Assembly (NCBI GenBank): GCA_017475525.1
Contig: JAFVFH010000036.1
Span: 1-52,344, forward strand
Length of the DNA: 52,344 nucleotides
From: Alphaproteobacteria bacterium
GTDB taxonomy: Bacteria; Pseudomonadota; Alphaproteobacteria; RF32; CAG-239
Direction of reading: 5' to 3'
Each line of letters opens with the position of its first letter. Position 1 is the stretch's first letter. The notes beneath the pieces were generated by a model, which was not told where the DNA came from, did no database searches, and worked only from the letters and a program-made list of their open reading frames with translations. Position numbers and translations under genes: made by a program. This document shows positions 26,999-36,078 of the stretch, one piece after another.

Positions 26999-27976
26999 GC
27001 GTTGTAAACCGCCTTGTTGAAAAACTTCGGCAACGGCATAAGATTGGAAGTTTTCTTTTGGCGGAATGGCATGCAATAGAAAAGCTTGAGCTCTTAATTC
27101 TTCATCTTGAGCAATCATTTCTTCCAAAAGTTGAGGTTTTTCTTCGAGTTGGGTAATCAATTCGTCTTTATATTGGCTTGGAATTTTTGCAACAGCAATA
27201 ATTTTAGATAATTTGACGGAATAATCTTTTTCACAGTTCAAGCTCTTGACACAAATGTCTCCTTGTTCATCATACTTTTCAAAAGTGACGCAATGCATAC
27301 CGCTTGATGTGTTTTGAGAAGACTTCAACATTAAAATATCGCCTGGCTCTAATTGATTTTTAAAAACAGCTTGATAATCTTTGGTGCTTTGGTCAATATA
27401 ATTGCTGCCGAGTTTGGCTTTGTAATATGCGCAAAATGCCGGACAAGAAACATTAGGATGGCTGTCTAATTGAAGCTTTTTCGGTGTTGCCTCGGTGCTG
27501 ACCAAAATGTTTTTTAAAACCATATTCATAAGAGAATCGGTCACGCTTTCGTAATAAGCTGAAGTTGCGCCTGCAACACAATAATTTTCTTTGCCTGAAA
27601 GACCGCCTTTTTTATAAACTTGCGAAAACAATTTTCTGATGCGCGAAGCTTTTTTATTTTTAGGTGTTGCAAGAATAGCGTTTTGCAAATGATCGATGTT
27701 TTCTATCACTTGTCGGCTGAGTTCCGACGTTTTCTTTTCTGCAATTTTTTGAATGAGCCTTTGTTTTGCAATATCGTTTTTAGAAGCATTGGGAGCGGCA
27801 CTAAGCTCTACTAAATTGTGCTTATCACGCTCGGTTTCAAACCTTTGATTCGCTTGTGCGTTGGAAGAAATCAAAGCAAGCAAAACAGCACATTTGATCC
27901 AAAGTGTTTTTGAAAAAGTTTTTGGATTTTGTTTAGGTGAAGCATTTGCCGAGTTATGTAAATTTTTATTTTCCAT
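26993..27976 (-). CDS. Secreted hypothetical protein (possible papain-fold Cys/His pair)
   Basis: Signal peptide ending SSNAQA. Contains ENYCVAGATSAY and PGDILML..SSGMHCVTF. No family recognised. Confidence 0.5.
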   Translation of the reverse strand: MENKNLHNSANASPKQNPKTFSKTLWIKCAVLLALISSNAQANQRFETERDKHNLVELSAAPNASKNDIAKQRLIQKIAEKKTSELSRQVIENIDHLQNAILATPKNKKASRIRKLFSQVYKKGGLSGKENYCVAGATSAYYESVTDSLMNMVLKNILVSTEATPKKLQLDSHPNVSCPAFCAYYKAKLGSNYIDQSTKDYQAVFKNQLEPGDILMLKSSQNTSSGMHCVTFEKYDEQGDICVKSLNCEKDYSVKLSKIIAVAKIPSQYKDELITQLEEKPQLLEEMIAQDEELRAQAFLLHAIPPKENFQSYAVAEVFQQGGLQRL

Positions 27977-28118
27977 AAAATTATAATAACATACTTTTTA
28001 TACAAAAGCAAGTTTTTATCAAATAAATATTTGTTGTTTATTTTTTTGTTTTTTCTTTCGCAATATGCAAAAAAAATAGATAAAATCTCACAAAGATTAA
28101 TATGAATGGAACTTTCTG

Positions 28119-28655
28119 ATGAACTTAAAAAAGATATTGACTCTGATTGTTTTGTTTTTAAGCGCTTGCCATAGTGCGCCTAAAGAAGAAATTGTGCCGG
28201 CCATTGTGCCGTCGTCGCAAAAAGCCCCTCAAATCAAATATATTCGCCCCTCAAACATCATCGGCGAAATTGAGCCGATTTATATGCTCCCGATGAAATC
28301 GGCGTTTTTAGCACGCGTTGACACGGGCGCAACAACATCTTCAATTGATGTTCAAAATCTCAAACGCTTTGAGCGTGATGGAAAGCGCTGGGTGTCGTTT
28401 TTTGTGGTTAATGCCGCTTCGGGCGAAAAACATTTTTTTGAAAAACCGGTGATTAAAAGAGTGAAAATCAAACGCATTGAAGAAGAAGAACATCGTGTCA
28501 AGGTGATGATGGATGTCAAATTCGGTGGGCAGAAAATGAAAACGGAATTCACCCTTGCCGAGCGTGAGAGCTTCAGCTATCAAGGTCTTATCGGGCGCAA
28601 TATTTTGACCGGTCGATATATTGTCGACACATCTCTTACAAATACGCTGAAATAG
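28119..28655 (+). CDS. Retropepsin-like peptidase lipoprotein (PF05618 'ATP-dependent zinc protease' family, RimB-like)
   Basis: Lipobox LFLSAC. ARVDTGATTSS (DTGA). GLIGRNIL near the C-terminus. Confidence 0.7.
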   Translation: MNLKKILTLIVLFLSACHSAPKEEIVPAIVPSSQKAPQIKYIRPSNIIGEIEPIYMLPMKSAFLARVDTGATTSSIDVQNLKRFERDGKRWVSFFVVNAASGEKHFFEKPVIKRVKIKRIEEEEHRVKVMMDVKFGGQKMKTEFTLAERESFSYQGLIGRNILTGRYIVDTSLTNTLK

Positions 28656-28666
28656 GAAATATTAAT

Positions 28667-30199
28667 ATGAAAAAGCTTTTTACCGTCCGCAAAATTTTGT
28701 CGTTTTTTTTGGCTGTTTCGCTCATATTTACAGCCTATAGTGCATATTACAAAATTAAATTTTGGGGCTTTGATATAAAACCGAACAAAATAACGGAAGT
28801 TTGGACAATTGATGCCCATATTTCATTTAAGGCTTTGGGTAAAGATGTCAATGTATCGCTTGCAACGCCGAGTGTTTCTAAAGAGTTTAAGGTCTTAAAT
28901 GAAGATATTATAGCAAAAAATTATACTTTTTCAAAAGACGAAAAAACAGGACGCATTAAATTCCAAAGCTCTAAGCGCAAAGGAAGGCAAAATATATATT
29001 ATCGCCTGACGGTTTACGACAATGAAGACACAAGAGGGAAGGTTCGAGGAAAAGAGCCTGAAATGCCGGAGCCTCCTTTGTTCGATGAACAACAATTGCA
29101 AATGGCTGAAGAAATCTTACAATCAGCTTCCGTTTTTGAAGGAAGTTTACCTCAAAAGTTGATTTTGCTGTTTAATCAATCTCCGTTAGATGAAACGGTT
29201 GAGGCTTTTTTGCCTGTGAAAGCAAGCTTGCATGAACGTGCAAACATCATTATTGACTTGCTTTCTTTGCAAAAAATACCGGCAAGACTTGTGCGAGGGG
29301 TCAAATTAGTCGAAGGCAAAAAGGCATCGAATGCCGATTTGATGCTCGAAGCGTATGAGGGAAACCGTTGGCGTTTGTATGACCTGCAAACAGCAAAAGA
29401 TGGTTTGCCGAAAAACTTTATTTTGTTTCAACGTGGCGGTGTCTCACTTTTGGATGTAGAAGGAGGAGAAAGATCAACAATCAAGTTCTCGGTCTTAAAA
29501 TCAGTCACTTCTTCGTTTGAAATGGCGGAACATCGTGCAGAGATGAGCTCAACGGCAAAATTATATAACTTCTCTATTTATAGGCTTCCTTTGTTAGAAC
29601 AAAATATTTTAAAATGGCTGATGGTTTTTCCGCTTGGAATTTTAGTTGTTGTTTTCATGCGCAATGTGGTCGGCGTTCCCACCATGGGCACATTTACGCC
29701 GATGCTTATTGCCATGTCGTTTGTTCAAACGGGGTTAAGTGCGGGTTTGGTTTGTTTTTCAATCATTTTATTTATCGGCATTGCTTTGAGAAGCTTGCTT
29801 TCAAAACTTAACTTGCTTTTGGTTCCGCGTATTTCATCGGTCGTGATTTTTGTGATTTTGATTATTCAAACGATGACGGTAATCGGCTATCATTTTGAGC
29901 TTGAAATCAGCTCAGCTGCAGTCTTTTTCCCGATTATCATTACGGCATGGATTATTGAACGCCTTTCAATCATATGGGAAGAAGAAGGCGCTAAAAATGC
30001 CGTGAAAGAAATGTTTTGGACAACCGTTACCGCCTTGGCAACATATTTTGTGATTGCAAGTGAAACAATCCGCCATTTCATGTTTGCGTTTAACGAGGTA
30101 AATTTGGTCATTTTATTTGTCGTTATGTTGCTTGGCACATATACGGGATATCGCCTGACCGAGCTTAAGCGCTTTTATCCTTTAGTGAAAGAAAAATAG
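28667..30199 (+). CDS. Inactive-transglutaminase-like domain fused to a 7TM module
   Basis: N-terminal TM, a ~300-aa extracytoplasmic region, then a C-terminal cluster of ~7 TM helices. 11 nt after the previous gene and abuts the next gene (TAG ATG). Confidence 0.65.
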   Translation: MKKLFTVRKILSFFLAVSLIFTAYSAYYKIKFWGFDIKPNKITEVWTIDAHISFKALGKDVNVSLATPSVSKEFKVLNEDIIAKNYTFSKDEKTGRIKFQSSKRKGRQNIYYRLTVYDNEDTRGKVRGKEPEMPEPPLFDEQQLQMAEEILQSASVFEGSLPQKLILLFNQSPLDETVEAFLPVKASLHERANIIIDLLSLQKIPARLVRGVKLVEGKKASNADLMLEAYEGNRWRLYDLQTAKDGLPKNFILFQRGGVSLLDVEGGERSTIKFSVLKSVTSSFEMAEHRAEMSSTAKLYNFSIYRLPLLEQNILKWLMVFPLGILVVVFMRNVVGVPTMGTFTPMLIAMSFVQTGLSAGLVCFSIILFIGIALRSLLSKLNLLLVPRISSVVIFVILIIQTMTVIGYHFELEISSAAVFFPIIITAWIIERLSIIWEEEGAKNAVKEMFWTTVTALATYFVIASETIRHFMFAFNEVNLVILFVVMLLGTYTGYRLTELKRFYPLVKEK

Positions 30200-31144
30200 A
30201 TGTTTCATCCTCTTAAAATAGCAAAAAAATTGAAAGCATGCGGCATTTTGGGGATGAATGCGCGAAATTACAGTGTGATTTCGGCCTTAAATAAAAGGAG
30301 CCTCTATCCGCTTTTCGATGATAAGGTGCAAACCAAGGAACTGGCCGTAAAAGCCGGCATTAATACCACAAAAAAAATCGGTTTAATAGAATATCAGCAC
30401 CAAGTCAAAAATTTTCGAAATATGGTTCAAGGTTTCTCGGAATTTGTTATTAAACCGGCTCATGGCAGCGGGGGCAAAGGTGTTTTAGTTATCAAAAAGT
30501 GGGATGATAATTGCTTTACGACTGCTTCCGAAAAGCATTTAACGTATACGGAAGTTTATCAACACATTTCAAATATTTTAAGCGGCTTATACAGTTTGGG
30601 CGGGCAGTATGATGTGGCGCTTATTGAAGAAATGGTCCACTTTAGCAATGCATTTGAGCGTTTCAGCTATCAGGGCGTGCCGGATGTCAGACTGATTGTC
30701 TATAAAGGCTATCCGGCAATGGCGATGATGCGTTTGGCAACCTCAGAATCAGGCGGGCGCGCCAATTTGCACCAAGGAGCAGTCGGTGTCGGGCTTGATG
30801 TTAAAACAGGTTCAACACTATGCGCAGTCCAACACAACAAGCCGATAGAATTTCACCCAGATACGAAGGCAGATTTAAAAACACTCAAAGTACCCTTTTG
30901 GAAAGAACATTTATTGATCGCCTCAAAAGCCTATGAAATGACAGGGCTCGGCTATTTGGGAGCAGATATTGTTTTAGATAAAGATAAGGGGCCGATGATG
31001 TTGGAGCTCAATGCACGACCGGGGCTTGCAATTCAGATAGCCAACGCGTCCGGTTTGAAAAAAGCCATTAAAAATATTGATAAGAACTATCCAAAAAATT
31101 TATCGGCTGAGGAAAGGGTTGATTTTATTTTAAGCAAAACTTAA
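30200..31144 (+). CDS. Alpha-L-glutamate ligase-like ATP-grasp protein (RimK-related)
   Basis: GILGMNARN, FVIKPAHGSGGKGV, and MRLATSESGGRANLHQGAVGVG..LGADIVLD..GPMMLELNARPGL. Confidence 0.75.
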   Translation: MFHPLKIAKKLKACGILGMNARNYSVISALNKRSLYPLFDDKVQTKELAVKAGINTTKKIGLIEYQHQVKNFRNMVQGFSEFVIKPAHGSGGKGVLVIKKWDDNCFTTASEKHLTYTEVYQHISNILSGLYSLGGQYDVALIEEMVHFSNAFERFSYQGVPDVRLIVYKGYPAMAMMRLATSESGGRANLHQGAVGVGLDVKTGSTLCAVQHNKPIEFHPDTKADLKTLKVPFWKEHLLIASKAYEMTGLGYLGADIVLDKDKGPMMLELNARPGLAIQIANASGLKKAIKNIDKNYPKNLSAEERVDFILSKT

Positions 31145-31183
31145 ATAAAAAACAAAGGAAATCATTAAAAAAGGAAAAAAACA

Positions 31184-31789
31184 ATGTCGGAACTCTTAAA
31201 AAAGTCAGAAACAAAAAATTTGGGCAAAAGTGAAACAAAAAACATCGCTTCAAATGAGGCTAAAAAGCTTTCAATGAGCGATACTCGAGCCAAAAAAATC
31301 AAGCATTCTTATCATGTCAAGGATCCGGAAAATTCCCTTGTCTTGAAATTAAAAGACGGAGACGTCGTTATTGAGATGTTTGAAGATGTTGCACCCTCAC
31401 ATGTCAAACGCATTAAGGAACTCGTTCGCCAAGGTTTTTATAACGGCCTCAAATTTCATCGTGTGATTGAGGGTTTTATGGCACAAACGGGCTGTCCTTT
31501 AGGCACCGGCACGGGCGGATCGGGCAAAAAACTCAAGGCAGAGTTTAATCAAAAAGAACATAAGCGCGGTACGGTTTCTATGGCAAGAGCAATGAATCCT
31601 GATTCGGCAGACAGCCAATTTTTTATTTGTTTTGCTGATGCGCCATGGCTTAACGGACAATATACCGTTTGGGGTGAAGTAACCGATGGCATGGAATATG
31701 TTGACAACATCAAAAAGGGTGAGGGCTATAACGGAATGGTCGATGATCCTGATATCATTGTCAGCATGAATGTGATAGCGGATTTGTAA
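31184..31789 (+). CDS. Peptidyl-prolyl cis-trans isomerase (cyclophilin type) with ~45-aa Lys-rich N-terminal extension
   Basis: FHRVIEGFMAQTGCPLGTGTGGSG and SQFFICF. The N-terminus contains the duplicated KSETKN. Confidence 0.85.
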   Translation: MSELLKKSETKNLGKSETKNIASNEAKKLSMSDTRAKKIKHSYHVKDPENSLVLKLKDGDVVIEMFEDVAPSHVKRIKELVRQGFYNGLKFHRVIEGFMAQTGCPLGTGTGGSGKKLKAEFNQKEHKRGTVSMARAMNPDSADSQFFICFADAPWLNGQYTVWGEVTDGMEYVDNIKKGEGYNGMVDDPDIIVSMNVIADL

Positions 31790-31807
31790 AAAAAAAGATT
31801 GCTGAGC

Positions 31808-31841
31808 AAAAAAAGAGGTTCTTAAAAAGAACCTCTTTTTT
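31808..31841. terminator. Bidirectional terminator between convergent genes
   Basis: A-run, AGAGGTTCTT-aaa-AAGAACCTCT, T-run. Confidence 0.8.
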
Positions 31842-31856
31842 ATTCATCAACGAAGA

Positions 31857-33701
31857 TTATTGACATTTGATACACGTCTCACCGCAACCATTCTTTTTTG
31901 TTGCAATGACGACTTGTCCTTGAGGGCATGTATCGCCGACAAAGAATTTCTCATCATAAGTATCGCAAGTCTTAGCACAGCAAGCCGTTTTATCAGCATT
32001 CATCACATAATGTATGCCTTGCTTCATGCCGGTATCTAACCTGTTATCATCATAACAGTTGAGCAGTTTCGAGTTTGTTACCCCGGCACTGGTGCATGTG
32101 CTGCAATTTCCCCAATCCGGACATTGATCTCCGGGGATATTATAATCCGAACAATTCTTCGGCAGACACTGATTGGTATCATCAGATAGTTCATATCCTT
32201 CTTCACATTTTGTAATTTCATAAAACAACTTGCCGCAAATTTTGCGCTCATTTGAAGAAGCAACATGTTCCGGCAATTGCTCAAGATATTGCGTTGCAAC
32301 AATCTTGCATTCTTTATACTTACCGTTGCAACCCAAGCCGATAAATTCAGAATCACTTTGGTTGTCTGTTTCCGAAGTAGACCATTTATACACGGCATCG
32401 TTTTCATCATATGGACATTGACACAAGCCGCACCACTGTCCGCCACTCTTGAAACCTTCCGGCTCAGGATCAAAATTCCAACCTGTGCCGGCATTGATTT
32501 TTTCTTCACAGTCATCTTTGGATTGATACGCCAGACTGTAATACTTGCCGTCATGTGCGGCAGGGCAGGCAATGGGGTTACAAGCTGTTCCGGCAGCATT
32601 TTTCTGATACCCTTCAAGGGCATTACATTCCCACCCCCACTTGAATTGGCAGGTCACCTCTTGATTATCTTGGCAGCCCTTTCCGCTTCCCATCAAAGCC
32701 ACGGCGCCTTCAGGAACACGAACATCAGTCGGGCAGGCGGATAAACAAGTTTTGTAGTGCTTGCCGTCGCAGGCAACTGTTTCAAACTTGCGATATTCGC
32801 CATTTTCACGCGGCAGAGGATTTTTGTTTCCGTCATACTCATAGTTATCAGGCATCAAATGTTTATATTCTTCCGGTACATTGCATTGACATTCATAGCA
32901 TTGCTTGCCTCCGGTGTTTGTTTTAGCCACTTTTGACCAGCCTTTGGCGGCATCTGTCGAGCATTCCAAGGCATCATCTGATTCATACTGTCCTTCAGGA
33001 CACCCGAGTTCAACGCAACTGGTTCCTTCTTCCTTGAAACCGTTCTTGCATTCCCAGTTGACAATCACTTTCTTTGTTCCGCCACAACTGCAAGTCACAT
33101 TTTCTGTAATAGGGGTTGCATTTTCCGGCACCTCATATTTGGCAATACAGCTTGTTTCTTTGCAACCGGTCACATCTAAACAGCGAACTTTGTTCGGGTT
33201 TGACGGGCACGGGAGATATGTATTGCATTCGGTAATGGAGTTTGTGTATCCGAGCTCGGCGCAAATACTCTTATCATTTTTTAAGGTGTCAACAACACCA
33301 CCGCAACCTTCAGGATTGATAAACCCCGGACCGCATTGGCATTTAAAGCAGACGATATCAGCGTTCGAAACTTTTTCACATTCCATATCAGCCGGCTTCG
33401 TTTCAAACAATCCGAAATCTTTACAAGACCATAGCGTGCAACTTAATTTTGTTTTGTCGAACGGACACGCAATACCGCCGTAGGGGCAAGAAGTTGCGGT
33501 ATATCCTAGAGTCGCACATTGTAAGTTGTTCTGAACACAGAGCTCAGATTTATAAGATGTAATCTGTTGTGAATTGGGCGACAAATATGAAAGGGCAGAA
33601 GGCGCATAGCGTGCCAAAATACCCGACACACCGGAACCATCATTTGTTGTTTGTGCTTGTGCCGAAAAAGCAAAGAGCATTAAAAATAAAACCAGTTTCA
33701 T
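31857..33701 (-). CDS. Large secreted cysteine-rich protein (~70 Cys in 614 aa), no recognised family
   Basis: GGGGGA RBS before ATG 33701. Signal peptide MKLVLFLMLFAFSAQA. Recurring C-x2-C-Q-C punctuation (FKCQC, YECQC, GLCQC, IKCQ) and C.(T/E)LGYT motifs. Confidence 0.7.
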   Translation of the reverse strand: MKLVLFLMLFAFSAQAQTTNDGSGVSGILARYAPSALSYLSPNSQQITSYKSELCVQNNLQCATLGYTATSCPYGGIACPFDKTKLSCTLWSCKDFGLFETKPADMECEKVSNADIVCFKCQCGPGFINPEGCGGVVDTLKNDKSICAELGYTNSITECNTYLPCPSNPNKVRCLDVTGCKETSCIAKYEVPENATPITENVTCSCGGTKKVIVNWECKNGFKEEGTSCVELGCPEGQYESDDALECSTDAAKGWSKVAKTNTGGKQCYECQCNVPEEYKHLMPDNYEYDGNKNPLPRENGEYRKFETVACDGKHYKTCLSACPTDVRVPEGAVALMGSGKGCQDNQEVTCQFKWGWECNALEGYQKNAAGTACNPIACPAAHDGKYYSLAYQSKDDCEEKINAGTGWNFDPEPEGFKSGGQWCGLCQCPYDENDAVYKWSTSETDNQSDSEFIGLGCNGKYKECKIVATQYLEQLPEHVASSNERKICGKLFYEITKCEEGYELSDDTNQCLPKNCSDYNIPGDQCPDWGNCSTCTSAGVTNSKLLNCYDDNRLDTGMKQGIHYVMNADKTACCAKTCDTYDEKFFVGDTCPQGQVVIATKKNGCGETCIKCQ

Positions 33702-33801
33702 GAGGCGTCCCCCTTCTTCAAAGATATCTGAAACAATAGTAACATAGTTTAACTTTTTTTTCAACTCAAAATAATATTTTTTCGAAAAACGTCACAAAAA
33801 A

Positions 33802-34539
33802 TTAATAAAAGCTTGGCTTAGTCTCCGGCTTCTTTCCATCGGAAACACGACGAACGGCGGTCACTTTCTGAAACATTTGAGCTCCGTAAGATTTTTTATA
33901 CCAAGAAAAATGATTGCTTTTGCGTGCGTAGTTTTTAATCGGATTTTTCCATAATTTTTCAACAAAAGGAAAAAATAAGCGATTAAAAGGCTTTAAGATA
34001 AACCGCAACACATTAAAATCAGAGGGCTGATGATAATCGATAAATATTGCCCGACCGCCGTTTTTAACGGCCGCTAATGCGTTGTTAATGACTTTTTCCC
34101 GTGAAGTTTCAGGCAATTCATGCAAGAGCATAAAACAAATCACGGTGTCATATTTTCCATTAAAAGGTTTGCGCGCATCATGGCGTTCAAAATCGATTTT
34201 CTTGTCAATCAGTTGCCCGCGTGCACGTTCCAGTTGTTCGTTTGAAACATCGACAATAACGTATGAACCATATCTGCCGATTTTATCGGCTGTTTTTTGC
34301 ATTTGCGATCCGAATGTGCATCCGATTTGTAAAACAGAGCTGTTCGTCCCGACATCTTCAAGCATATCGTCAATAAGCTTGCCCTTAAATCCGAAACTGA
34401 GTAGAGCTTGAATGCGGTCATCATCCATGAATTTTTCGAGTTTCGGATTGTGATACAAAAAACCATATAATTCTTTCAAATAAAGCGGTTCTTTGACAAT
34501 TTTTGAATTTTTAACAACATTTGATTTTGCGACAGACAT
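33802..34539 (-). CDS. rquA: RquA-like methyltransferase-fold protein (probable rhodoquinone biosynthesis)
   Basis: Degenerate SAM motif I, VLQIGCTFG (Gln in place of the acidic residue). ICFMLLHELP. The N-terminal LYGFLY and C-terminal FQKVTAVR resemble R. rubrum RquA as recalled from memory. Confidence 0.55.
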   Translation of the reverse strand: MSVAKSNVVKNSKIVKEPLYLKELYGFLYHNPKLEKFMDDDRIQALLSFGFKGKLIDDMLEDVGTNSSVLQIGCTFGSQMQKTADKIGRYGSYVIVDVSNEQLERARGQLIDKKIDFERHDARKPFNGKYDTVICFMLLHELPETSREKVINNALAAVKNGGRAIFIDYHQPSDFNVLRFILKPFNRLFFPFVEKLWKNPIKNYARKSNHFSWYKKSYGAQMFQKVTAVRRVSDGKKPETKPSFY

Positions 34540-34549
34540 ATTTTTTCTC

Positions 34550-35236
34550 CTATAATCCGGCTTCTTGCTTGCTGATATACCCTTTCTTGACGGCTTCCAT
34601 CACGGCAGCGGTTCGATTTGAAACACCGAGCGTTTTCAAAATAACGGTAATGTGTACTTTAACGGTTCCTTCCGTCAGTCCGAGCTCGTAAGCAATAAGC
34701 TTATTGGGTAAACCTCTGGCAATGCCCCTGATCACATCAATTTGACGTGGTGTCAATTTTTTACCTTTATCTTGAGACGATTGAGGGGTCGAAATTTCTT
34801 TTAAGCTTTGAAATTCAGACAACATTTCTGGCGAAATGCTTGCTTCATCAAGGAGCTCTTTCGGAATATAAATACCACCGGCCATAACCAAATGGATGGC
34901 AGACAACATCAAATCATTTGATGAAGATTTCGGAATATATCCGGCTACCCCGATTTCAATTGTTTTTTGCACGATTTCTTTATCAAACACAGCCGAGACA
35001 ACAATAATCGGTGTGTCTTTTAAGAGCGTATGCATCTGGCTTAAAGCATCCATTGAATTTGCGCCCGGCATGGCAAGATCGGTCATAATGAGGTCAAAAT
35101 GATTGTTTTTCAGTGCCTCAAATAATTCAGGATAATTTTTTACCGCTGTGATGACCGCATCTTCAAAATGCGATTTCAAAACAAGCTTCAAGCCTTCCAA
35201 AAAAAGTTCATGATCATCAGCAATCAATATATTCAT
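34550..35236 (-). CDS. NarL/LuxR-family response regulator (REC + HTH_LuxR)
   Basis: MNILIADDH...DLIMTDLAMPG receiver domain. C-terminal LTPRQIDVIRGIARGLPNKLIAYELGLTEGTVKVH. No histidine kinase gene adjacent. Confidence 0.85.
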   Translation of the reverse strand: MNILIADDHELFLEGLKLVLKSHFEDAVITAVKNYPELFEALKNNHFDLIMTDLAMPGANSMDALSQMHTLLKDTPIIVVSAVFDKEIVQKTIEIGVAGYIPKSSSNDLMLSAIHLVMAGGIYIPKELLDEASISPEMLSEFQSLKEISTPQSSQDKGKKLTPRQIDVIRGIARGLPNKLIAYELGLTEGTVKVHITVILKTLGVSNRTAAVMEAVKKGYISKQEAGL

Positions 35237-35250
35237 TTGTCTTTTCTCCT

Positions 35251-35982
35251 TTATTTCCAGTCACCAACCATGGCCTGCCAACAAGAAAGTGCTGAAATTG
35301 AGGCCGTTTCGGCGCGCAAAATTCGTTTTCCCAAGCTCACGCTTAAAGTATAAGATAAACTTTTTAGCAATTCAAATTCTCTTAAAGAAAATCCACCCTC
35401 TGGACCAATCAAAAAAGCAACAGGTGCTTTCATTTTGCTTGAGGCTTTTGCAAAAGTTTCACCGCTTCCCGTTTCATCCAAATAGACAAGCGTCCGATTT
35501 TTATCCCAATTTGAAAGTATTTGTTGAAGATTTTGCAAATTTTGAACTTCGGGGACATCTTGTCGTCTGCATTGCTCGGCAGCCTCAATAACCTGTGCTT
35601 TGACCCGCTCGGGTTTCAGATGAGCATTGAAAGTGTATTCTGTCTGAACGGGAAAAATTTTTGAAACGCCAAGTTCAACGGCTTTTTGAATGACAATATC
35701 GGTGTTTTCCTTTTTCAAGCTTGCAAACAAAAGCCAGACATCGGGCGATTTTTCAAAGTCAAAGATTTTTTTGTTAACTTTTAAGCTTAAAGTTTTCTTT
35801 CCGATTTCAAGAATTTGAGATTCAAATTCACCGTTTATACCATCAAATAAAAAAACTTCATCACCCAAGCCCAAACGCATCACATTTTTAAGATAATGTG
35901 TTTGGTTCTCGTTTGCCGTATATATTTCACCGATTTTAAGAGGTGTATCGGTAAATAGTCTGATTCTGTTTTTTTTGCTCAT
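35251..35982 (-). CDS. rsmE: 16S rRNA (uracil1498-N3)-methyltransferase
   Basis: HYLKNVMRLGLGDEV..FDG. C-terminal SPOUT motifs (IGPEGGFS..E, SLGKRILRAETA). Confidence 0.8.
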   Translation of the reverse strand: MSKKNRIRLFTDTPLKIGEIYTANENQTHYLKNVMRLGLGDEVFLFDGINGEFESQILEIGKKTLSLKVNKKIFDFEKSPDVWLLFASLKKENTDIVIQKAVELGVSKIFPVQTEYTFNAHLKPERVKAQVIEAAEQCRRQDVPEVQNLQNLQQILSNWDKNRTLVYLDETGSGETFAKASSKMKAPVAFLIGPEGGFSLREFELLKSLSYTLSVSLGKRILRAETASISALSCWQAMVGDWK

Positions 35983-36078
35983 GGCGCAATTTGTTCTGTA
36001 TAAGTTTAAAACTTAACTGCATTATATCAAAAGATATGTTAATGAAAAAATAACAACAAATGAAAAATTAAAGGAAAA

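Noticed and set aside
32905-33483. 192-aa plus-strand ORF, plus 32265..32744 and 32078..32623
   Set aside because: These are antisense or alternative-frame ORFs inside the Cys-rich CDS. They have no start context and biased Ser/Pro/Leu translations typical of shadow ORFs.
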